From Dictyostelium discoideum (taxonomy: Eukaryota), in the NCBI GenBank assembly GCA_000004695.1, contig CM000152.2, positions 4,160,001 through 4,224,000 of the forward strand: a DNA stretch of 64,000 nt, in the 5' to 3' direction. The position numbers and the translations under genes are program-made. The notes beneath the pieces were generated by a model. The model did no database searches. It saw only the letters and a list, made by a program, of their open reading frames with translations, and was not told the origin of the DNA. Of this stretch, positions 49,871-64,000 are shown piece after piece; within the stretch, counting starts at the first letter, position 1; each line of letters opens with the position of its first letter.

Positions 49871-50415
49871 CGTATGTTTGCTTGTTCTTAATTTTTTTTA
49901 ATTTTTTTTTTTTTTTTTTTAATTTCTTTTTTTAAATTCTAATTATTGATTTTAGATTTCGTCTTTTGAAAAAAAATTTTTTTATTGGACGATAAAAATA
50001 TTTTTAAAAATAGTTTTTTTTATTTTAATTTTTTTTTTTATTTTTTTTTTAAAAATTTTTTTTTTTTTTTTTTTAAAGCAAAACAACACAATAATTTCAA
50101 AAATTTCTAAAAAAAATTTTTTTTTTTTTTTTTTTTGAAAAATTTTTCATTGGTCAAAAATAAAATATCTTCTATTTTCATTGGTTTTCAAATAATTATG
50201 GCTTTTTTTAATCAACAAAACGAATGAAGCACTTTCTATCCAATCAGATCTTTTTATAATAATAATTTTGATTGATTTGAGACGATAAAAATTACCAAAA
50301 TTTGTGTAGGCACGAGTAGTTTAACTGCCTATAAAACTGTTTTTTTTTTTTTTTTTTTTCTATTTTTTTTTTATTTTCTATTTTTTTTTTTTTTTTTTAT
50401 TTTTATTTTCTTATC

Positions 50416-50470
<55 letters not shown>

Positions 50471-50773
50471 CTCTAAACATTTTTAAAATAGAAATAAAAC
50501 AAGATTTACTATCGAAACTTAATATATAATAATATTTAGTTTTGTTTGTGTATTGTTTATATATTGTATATTTACGAAAGAAACTTTTTTTTTTTTTTTT
50601 TTTATATTGTATAGTAGTATTAAAAAAAAAATTAAATAAAAAAAAAAAAAAAAAACGACCCATTGTATTATAATAACCACAAAAAAAAAAAAAAAAAAAA
50701 TCTTATCTCCACACAACAAAAAAAAAAAAAAAAAAAAAAAAAAACCAGATTTTTTTTTTTCTTGAAAAAAAAA

Positions 50774-51695
50774 ATGAAATTAATAATAAAAAATTTAATA
50801 CTTTTATTAGTATCATGTTTATACTTTTTAAGTAATGTAAGTTGTGATCAAGAAGTTCATATGGCTTTACTCTTGGAAGGACAAGTTGATGATTTAGGTA
50901 TCAATTATGAAGTTAATCAAGGTTTAGCAGAGACAGAAGCATTAATTCAAAGAGCGGCCAAAGTTATTAATGATGCCAACTCATATGATTCAACTTATGA
51001 TAATATTAAAAGTTTATTAGATCAAGATAATCCATACAATTTAATCATCACAAGTTCAGAAAGTCAAATGTCAGCAGCATTAGACATTGCCTCTGATTAT
51101 GAAGATACATATTTCTTAATTTTTGGTGACATGGGTGACAAAAAAGTGCCACATAGTAAAGTTGGTACCTACTATTTCAATTTGGTTTCACCACATTTCG
51201 TTTTGGGTTTCATTGCAGGTGGTATGGGTAAAAGCGTTGGTATGGTTGTACCAGGTCCACCAACTGAGAATTATTTCACTGCAAATGCTTTTTACGCCGG
51301 TATGAAATATTATACGTCACCAGCTGGTGCACCAAATCCATCTTTATCAGTTGTAGCCACTTCAAGTTATGATGATTATGATACTGCAACTGGTGCTGGT
51401 AGAATTTTATTAACCAAAGATATCGATATTTGTACTCAAAGTCAAACCGATATGACCGTTGCAAATATGTTTTTAAATGCTTCAAAATGGGCTTTTGGTA
51501 CAAATGGTTTCCCACAATCAAACATCTATGGTAATCGTATCATTCAATCTGTTGTTCATAATTTTCAAGTGCCATTCTATGAAGCTGCAACTATGGTAAT
51601 GAAAAATACTTGGAAAAATGGCTATAATTTCTTTGGTGATTTTAATAATAATTTCTTTTATTTAGATTATTATAGTTTTTTAGTAAGTTTAAATT

Positions 51696-51747
<52 letters not shown>

Positions 51748-53017
51748 ATAATAATAATAATTATTAATTTATTCATTTATTTATTTATTTTATTTTTAGG
51801 TTGATCCATTACTTAAAAATCAAACTGAAGATTTAATTTCAACAATTAAAGGTGGTGCTAAACCATATATTACAAATGGTTTAACTTATGAAAAAATATT
51901 AGAACAAACTAAACTTTCAACAGGAATTACTGATTTAGGTTATTATGCAGTACCAACTACTGAAGTTTATACAACTGGTAGTATTAATAAAACATTTATG
52001 GCAGTTTCAATCTTAGAGATGGCAATTTGTTTAATTATTGGTATAATTGTAATTTTCTTCTTTAGTAGAAATATTAATATCATCTATTCAACCATTCCAT
52101 ATTGTTTAACCATTTTATTGGGAGCATCTCTTATTGCAGTGGCTATTTTCCTTTGGAATCTTCGTGATTTAAATACTCAAATTTGTACATCAAAGATTTG
52201 GATGGCATCATTGGGTTACAATGTTTTAATTGGTTTCATTATTATCAAGAGTTCATTGATCTACTTTAAATTCAAAGAGATGGTTAAATCAAAGAATGAA
52301 AAGATTAGTCCAATTCCATTTGGTCGTATTGTTCTCTGGTTCGTTCCATTGTTAATTATCGATTGTGTTTTATTGATCATCTATAGTACTAGTGGTAATC
52401 CAGGTAAAATCGATTCACTCGGTTTGGATGGTATTGGCAGATATGAATACACTCAAAATTGTGTAAACAATTTAACCGGTGATATCATCCTTTACATTAT
52501 CTTGGTTTTCCATGGTTTACAATTACTCTATGGTTGTGTTATCGCTTGGAAGACTCGTGTCATCGATTTGGAAGAATTCATTGAAGCTCATGATTTCGCT
52601 ACCGCCATTTATTTAATCACTTTCTGTAGTTTCATTATCGTTATTCTCATGGTTGGTGTCACTTCAACTAGTAACAGAAATACAATTATCTCTGCTTGTG
52701 CTATCTTTTCTTCCTTCTCTTGTGTATTAATTATTTTTGGTGCTAAATTCTGGAAAATTTATAAACCAGTTGAAGATGATGGTCTTCCACAAATTAAACT
52801 AAAGCCACAAAAATCTTACAGTGGTTCTGGTGGTTCTGGTAACTCAAGTGGTTCAAAGTCAAAGAAAACCTCTGCTCACTCTAGCACAAGTGGTGTTAAA
52901 TCTGGTACTTCTGCTCCAACTCAAACTTCTCAAAGTGCTATGGCCAGTATTAATATTCAAAACTTTGTAAATCCAATTGAAGCAAGTTCAAGAGCTGCTG
53001 CACAAAATGATAATTAA
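50774..53017 (+). CDS. Family-3 GPCR (metabotropic glutamate/GABA-B-like, Grl-type): signal peptide plus BMP/PBP-like extracellular domain plus 7TM; join(50774..51682,51800..53017), 708 aa
   Basis: ATG at 50774 with a signal peptide (MKLIIKNLILLLVSCLYFLSNVSC). Exon 1 (within ORF 50663..51748) encodes a periplasmic-binding/BMP-like domain and ends at TTA|GTAAGT (phase 0). Exon 2 (in frame, reaching ORF 51998..53017) encodes 7 hydrophobic helices and a Ser/Gly-rich tail. Confidence 0.65.
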
Positions 53018-53018
53018 A

Positions 53019-53056
<38 letters not shown>

Positions 53057-53146
53057 AATTAACGATAAATATATATATTAATAGTAAACAATTTAAAAAA
53101 ATTTGACAATGAATCATATATACATTAAATAATAATTATTGTCAAA

Positions 53147-53207
<61 letters not shown>

Positions 53208-53400
53208 AGAAAAAAAAAAATCGATAAATTCTATAGAATCCAATAATAAAAAAAAAAAAAAATAAGAAAATTATTGTTTATTAACAATAATTTTCAAAAA
53301 TCTATAATCTAACAAATAGTTTTTTTTAATTTTATTTCATTTTTATTTTTATTTTTTTTTTTTCTATAAATAACTTTTTTTTTTTTTTATTTTTTTTTTT

Positions 53401-54232
53401 TTAATTAATTTTTGATCTTTTCTTTAATAATTCATTTAATAAAATTTGATGATTAGATGGTGAATCAGGTTTACCTTTTATTTTTTGAGGTTGTTGTGGT
53501 AATTTTGTAATATTTATAAGTTTTGGTTTTGATTTTAGAATTGGTTGAGTGGCTTGTGGTTGTTTTGAAAGTTGATCAATTTTCTCTTCTAAAAATAGAG
53601 TCCATTCCATTTGTTTCTTTTGATCAGTTCTAAATTTAGGTAGGGAAGCTCTAATGGATCTTAATTCATCAATTGTTAAAGAACGAGAAAGTAGATAAGA
53701 TTGGAAATCATTTTGATGTTTTGATAGAATTGCTTTTGGATCCATACCAATTAATGAAAGTTCAGGATTTTCTTTAATTCTTTCTCTAATTTCCAAAGAT
53801 TGTTGATTTGGTGGTATTGAATAAATTGGTTTCATTTTTGATAAAGATTTCAAATTTAAAGGTTCATTTAAACGACGTTTTTCATCTTGAATCATTTGAA
53901 TTTCTCTTCTATACTCTTCAGTCATTGATAATTCTTGAAATAATTTTTCAAATTTAACATTAGCATCATTACGTTCTTTTTCACCAACCTTATCATTTAA
54001 TATAATCTTTTGAATTTCTTCCATTTCCGATTTCATATTTAAATGTGTTCTTTTAAATTGTTCATTATTATTATTATTATTATTTGTTGTAGATGAATTT
54101 AATAAATTAATTGATTGAAATTGTTTCATATCATCTAATTTTCTAATAAATTCTTCTAAACGATCTAATTTTTCTAATTTTGTAACTAATAAAGAAATTT
54201 GTTCATTTTGTTGTTGAATTATTAAATTTGAT

Positions 54233-54285
<53 letters not shown>

Positions 54286-57074
54286 TAAAGATGAGTTTGA
54301 TCTATTTAATGATGAAGTTGAAGAGTTTAATTCATTTAATGAAGATGATTTTATTAAAGATGATTGAAGTTCTAATTGAGTTTTAATTTTAGAATTATTT
54401 AATTCAACTAAATTTAATTCCATTTCTTTATTTTTTAAAGTAGCAGTTTGAATTTTTTCAGAGATATCTTTAATTTTTTTACCTAAGGGAGTATCAAATA
54501 ATTTATTATTTGCAATTGAAGCAGATGCAGCACTATCAGGTTTTTGTGAAATATTTACAAGTATACCAACCATTTCATTTAATTTCTCTTCAATTTGTTT
54601 TGGTGTTCCATTTGTTAAAGTATTTTTTAAATTTGAACCACTTGAAAGTTCTTTTTCCAATTGATCCTTTTCTTTTTGAATTTGGTCTCTTGATTGAACT
54701 GCTCTATTTCTTTCTCTTTCAATTGCTTCGTTTGTATTTGTAAGTGATTTAATTTGACTTTCTAATCGTTTAACTTCAGATTCTAAACGATCAATTAATT
54801 TTTGATCCCTTTCAGCCAACTTTAATTTCTCTTGTACTAAAATTCTAGACTTCTTTTCTAAATCAATTTCACTTTCTAATTGTTTAACTTTTAATTGTAG
54901 TTGTTCAATTGAATGAATTGATTTGACAGTATTTGGAACGATACCAGTTATGGTTGATAGTTGTTGCTGTTGTTGTTGTTTTAATTGTTTCAATTCTTGT
55001 TCCAATTTTGAATTTTCACGTTCTAATAATATCTTTTTCTCACGCATTACATCTGATAATTCTTTTTGAGTATCTAATTCCATTATTAAAAGTTTTTCTT
55101 TGGTTTGAGCTTGTTCCAATTCTTTAATTAATTTTTTAGATTCTTCACGTTCAAATTCTTTTTTCTCAGTTTCTTTTCTTTTTAATTGTTGTTCATATTC
55201 TAATTCTTTTTCTAATTTTTCAGATTCCTTTTCAAATAATTTATATTTTTCATTTAAAATCTCTTTTTCTTGAATTAATGATTGATTTTCAGCTTCTAAA
55301 ATTTTAAATCTATACCATAATTCATCATAGGATTTAACTTGAGTATTGGATTTTGTTGATGCTAATTCTCTTTTTAAATTTAAAACTTCCCTTTCAAGTA
55401 AATTTACATCTTCTAATGCACTCTCTTTTGATCTTCTTTCATTCTCTAATTCAACAATGAAAATTTTCATTTTTGATTCAACATCATGTGAACTACTCAT
55501 TATATTATTATTATTAAAAATTGATGCATGAATTAAATTCATTGAATTATTGTTATTATTATTATAAGATGAAGAAGAAGGTGATGATGATGATGATGAT
55601 GGTAAAAATGAAGAAGTTGGTGGTGATGTTGATGATGGTGATGTTGATTTAGTTAGAAGTTTTTCATTAGATTTATTATTTCCAACAGTTTTTGTCATTA
55701 AATTCTTTCCTTTTGATGGTACTTTTTGTAATGGAGTTGCAGTACTAACAACTACTGTTGACTTTTTAATAGTAGTTGGTTGTTGTGATTGAACAATTAT
55801 TAATCTTTCCATATCGTCAATATCTTCTTGCATTTTCTTTAATTTCACTTTCTCTGATATAACTGGTTTACCTTGCTTCTCTAATTGTTTAATTGTTTCA
55901 TTTAATTTTAAAATTAAATCCTTTTGAATTTGAATTTGTTTCTTTACAATACTTTCTTTATCTTTAATAGTTTCTTCAATGATTAAATCTTCTTCTTTTG
56001 TATATTCATTCAAGGAATTATTAGTGATATTTTTATTACTATTATTATTCAAAGACATAATACTACCATGATTTTCATTATCATCAATTGGTATTAATGG
56101 TACCATATATCTTGAATTAATTGATTCACCTCTTTGAGTTTCTAAAATATCAGATCCGCTATTATTTCCACCAACACTAATACTAACTGGATATCCATAA
56201 TTAATATTATGTTCAGGTGTGATTGAATTTGGTGATGATGAAGATGATGATGTTGTTGAACAACTTGTTGTACTACTAACTGTTAGGTAGTTATTACTAC
56301 TACTACTACTTGTATTGTTATTGATATTTTTGTTACTACCATTACTAATACCACTAATTGTTGATGGCTTCCATTGTTGAGTTGGTTGAGATTGTGATGT
56401 TGGTTGAGAATCATTTTGGGAGGTAAGTGGAGTTGGTGGTTCAAAAAATTCTCTTGGGATTGATGATCTTGATTTGGCTCTTATTAATCTATGAATAAAA
56501 GTAAATTGAATTTGAAGACTTCCAGTTACAATCTTTGGTTTTTGTCCTTCCTTTAATGGTCTATCAGTTAAATAATACCACTGTGGACCTTGTGGTAAAT
56601 TTAATGCTTTTATTGGAATTTGAATTTGACCAATAAATTTTGATCCACCAGTTTTTTGTTCTTTTACTGTTAATGTTACTTCATCATCTTGAAATGTCAT
56701 TAAATCTCTTTAAAAAAATAAAAATGTTAATTCTTTAGTATAGGATAAAAAAAAAGGAAAAAAAAAAAAAAGAAAAAAAAGAAAAAAACTTACAAAACAA
56801 ATTTTTCAAATATTTTTGGATCAGGTCCTTTAAATAAATGAGTTTTGAAAGTTTTGTTTGGTGGTAGATCAATAATTACAAATATATCACCAGATTTTAT
56901 TCCCTTTGTTTCAAATACTAAAAATATTTATTTTATTTAATTTATTTTTTGATTAGAGATATTTTTATTTTTATTTTATTATTATTATTTTTTTTTTAGT
57001 GGGAAAATATCATGATTTTTGGATTACTTACAGGTTATTTCAATATCTCCTTTTTTATTTTTTAGAGATGCCAT
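53401..57074 (-). CDS. C2-domain plus long coiled-coil protein (~1157 aa); complement(join(53401..56707,56794..56917,57032..57074))
   Basis: Two small 5' exons (MASLKNKKGDIEIT / LFETKGIKSGDIFVIIDLPPNKTFKTHLFKGPDPKIFEKFVL) splice in phase (1, then 2) into ORF 53401..56700. Together they complete a C2 fold (...DLMTFQDDEVTLTVKEQKTGGSKFIGQIQIPI...). The remainder has Ser/Asn-rich linkers and ~500 aa of heptad-repeat coiled coil (ELKQLKQQQ..., LESEVKRLESQIKSL...). Confidence 0.6.
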
Positions 57075-57105
57075 TCTTTTTTTTTTTTTTTTTTTTTTTT
57101 AATAA

Positions 57106-57156
<51 letters not shown>

Positions 57157-58383
57157 CAAATAAATAGATAGAGAGATAAACTATTAACAAAACAAGACTC
57201 TTTTTTTATTTTTTATTTTATACTTTTAAAAAAATTAACCCTAATAATAAAACAAAAAGACTCTTTTTTTTTTTTTCTTTTATTTTTTTTATAATAAAGA
57301 TGTATTTTTTTTTTTTTATAAAATTTTTTTTTTAAATCTCTTTTTTAAAAATCGATTATAATTTAATTTAATTGAATTTATTTTTTGATAGAATTTAAGA
57401 ATTTGAAAAAAAAAAAAAAAACAAAAGTTGGAAACAGATTAAATGATTTAAATAATTTTAAATTTTAAATTTTAAATTTTAAATAAAAAAAACAAAATAA
57501 AAACAAATAAAGATATAATGGTTATAATAAATTTATAAAAATTTATAGAAAATAAATAAAAATTTTTTTAAAAAAAAAAAATAAAATACACATTCAACAT
57601 ATATATATTTATAGATAGATTAAAAAAGAAAAAAAAAAAAAAAAAAAAAAAAAAAAGAAAGAAAATAAATCCAATTTATTTGTAAAGTTATACAATCATC
57701 GAAAAAAGGAAATAGTATTAATACCAAATAAAAACAGTTCATAATAATAATTGAATTATAAAATACTCAATATATATAAGTATAGAATTTAGTACAAGCA
57801 TGTGCTTAAATTATTTCTACACAATTAAATATCGGACTACATAAAATATACCACACACATAATTTTCTATTATAATAATAAAAATTAAAAACAATAATGT
57901 AAATCGAATTGTAATTATCACATTTAAATTTAAAATAAAAAAAAATAATTAAAAAAAAAAAAAAAAAATAATAAAAAAGTACCATCAATAAATAAATATC
58001 CAAAAAAAAAAAAAATAAAAATAATTGTTTAAAAAAAAAAAATGGGTTTGATTTCCTAATATAATTATAATTTATATTATTATATTTTATATTTTCATTT
58101 TAAATAAGTAGTAGTGTTGTTATTAATGATTGAAATAAATAAATTTAAAATAAAACAAAATTGAAAAAAATTAAAAAAAAAAATTAATTGTAATTAAGAA
58201 GAACATTTTATAATTTTAGTTATCAAATAAATACTACACATAAAAACCCCCTCCCCCTATAAAATTTGTTACAAAATAAATAGGAAAAAAAAAAAAAACC
58301 TTTTTGTTTTAAAAGAGTTTGAATATATCTTTACTTAATTTATTTATATATATTATATATATATATTTTTAAAATTTTTTTTC

Positions 58384-58429
<46 letters not shown>

Positions 58430-58465
58430 TAATATCCAAAAAAAGAACAAAGGAAAAAATATATT

Positions 58466-58497
<32 letters not shown>

Positions 58498-59334
58498 ATT
58501 GAAAAAAAAAAAAAAAAAGAAACAACCGGTTTTCAATTTTATGACTTTTTCTATTTTCCTTTTTTTATTACTTTTTTGTATGATTAAAATTTTAAATTAT
58601 AATATATTTTTATTATTTTTTTGTATGATTTGAAAACCTAATAATAATTATGAATTTGAATATTTTATTGTTCAATATTAAAATGTTGAATTAATTATTA
58701 ATTTTTTATTTTATTTATTTATTTTATCAAATGCGATGGGCATTTTTTATTTTTTAAAAAAAAAAAAACAAAAAAAAAAAATAAAAATAATCAAAAAAAA
58801 AAAATCTAAAAATATTTTTTTTTTACACAAAAAACAATATTTTCACTTTCTATTTTTATTTTTATTTTTTTTATTTTTTTTTATTTTTTTCTTTGGTAAT
58901 AAAGCTTTTTATTTTCTTTTTATATTTAATTCTTATTTCTTTTTTTATTTCTTTTATATTATTATATATAAATAGATAATAAAATATAGCAACGAATTTT
59001 AGTTTCTACTATTATCAGAAAAAAAAAAAAAAAAAAATTAGAGGTGTATATAATTGTTTTTTCTTTTTTTTTATTTTATTTTTGTACAAAAATAGTCAAT
59101 TTACAAAAAAAGTCTTTGGGTAACATTTTTTTTTTTTTTTTTTTTTTTTGGTGGTATCAGTTAAATAATTTTTTTTTATTTTTTTTTAATAATAAACACA
59201 GCATTGCCAATCGATTAAAATATGATTTATCACACTATCACACATTAGTGTTTTCCATATAATTATAATTCACATAATAAAACACACCATACTGGTTTTC
59301 AAAATAATGGGAAAAATTCATCAAAGATTTATTT

Positions 59335-59374
<40 letters not shown>

Positions 59375-59766
59375 GTAATATATTTATCCAACAACAAATT
59401 TTATTTTTTATTATTTATTTTTATTTTTATTTTTGTTCTGTTTTTTTTTTTTTTTTTTATATCTCTCTGTTGTGAGTGTGTGAGAGATAATTTGGTTAAA
59501 AAAAAAAAAAAAAAAAAAAACAATTATTTTTATTTTTTTTTTTATTTTTATTTTAATTTTTATTTATTATTTTTTTATTTATTATTTTTTTATTTATTAT
59601 TATTATTATTTTTAATCTTCCATAATAAGATATCACAAGAAATTGGTTTTTTTTTTTTTTTTTTTTTTAAAAAAATTTTATATAATTAATTGTAATATAA
59701 AATTATTATTAATAAAAAAAAAAAAAAAAACTAAAAAAAGGATCACAATAGATTGTTGTATATTTT

Positions 59767-59797
<31 letters not shown>

Positions 59798-60017
59798 TTA
59801 TTATTATTATTTTTTTTAAAAACTACATTTATGAATAATAAAAAAATTTCAATCAACGATACACTTTCTTCACCCAAAAAAAAAAAATTAATTATTTATT
59901 TTTTTTATTAATAATTTTGTGTACAATTTTTTTTTTTTTTTTTTTTTTTTATTTTTATCTTTCTTCTCCTCACACACACAACCTGCGTATGATTAAAATA
60001 ATATTATAAATAATTAA

Positions 60018-64000
<3,983 letters not shown>

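Noticed and set aside
58736-59689. ORFs 58736..58975, 59044..59262, 59372..59689 (poly-Phe/Lys peptides) in the 2.9-kb intergenic region
   Set aside because: They are composition-driven frames across poly-T/poly-A runs with no splice logic, no homology and no codon structure.

Overview
The window is AT-rich (~75-80% A+T) eukaryotic nuclear DNA with all the hallmarks of a Dictyostelium discoideum-type social amoeba genome. Those hallmarks are pervasive (AAT)n/(CAA)n coding microsatellites giving poly-Asn and poly-Gln tracts, short introns (70-350 bp) with GTAAGT/GTATGT donors and AG acceptors, and a tRNA gene carrying an intron plus a downstream external B box. No prokaryotic features (operons, RBS, CRISPR) are present. 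I reconstructed about 25 protein-coding genes across introns by following reading frames and checking splice phases. Those I recognise are a WD40 protein, the TRM6/GCD10 homolog, a TMEM208 homolog, a CLK/LAMMER kinase with a 1.8 kb poly-Asn first exon, two Kelch proteins, a TOPORS-like RING E3, a KE-repeat protein, the GPI transamidase subunit GAA1, a REX4-type DEDDh exonuclease, an intron-containing tRNA-Ala(UGC), a family-3 (Grl-type) GPCR with a BMP-like ligand-binding domain, a C2 plus coiled-coil protein and the 5' 3.9 kb of a CHASE/PAS receptor histidine kinase. Two regions stand out. (1) At 19.3-27.3 kb there is a compound tandem array of four near-identical 278-aa two-module protein genes, interleaved with two head-to-head pairs of 59-aa small-protein genes. 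The ~1.3 kb segment carrying each small-gene pair is present in opposite orientation in the two adjacent repeat units, as expected for an inverted-repeat-flanked invertible segment captured in both states. (2) At 34.9-44.8 kb there are two tandem, 7-exon paralogous genes for ~1360-1390-aa signal-peptide / EGF-like / single-pass-TM surface glycoproteins. They are ~50% diverged over most of their length but carry a ~600 bp near-identical tract (gene conversion) in the last exon. One homologous intron uses GC-AG in gene A where gene B uses GT-AG. Coordinates of internal exon boundaries were derived by hand and may be off by a few nucleotides. One ORF-track frame (44372..44779) disagreed by 1 nt with my reading of a T-run, so boundaries near homopolymers carry +/-1 nt uncertainty.
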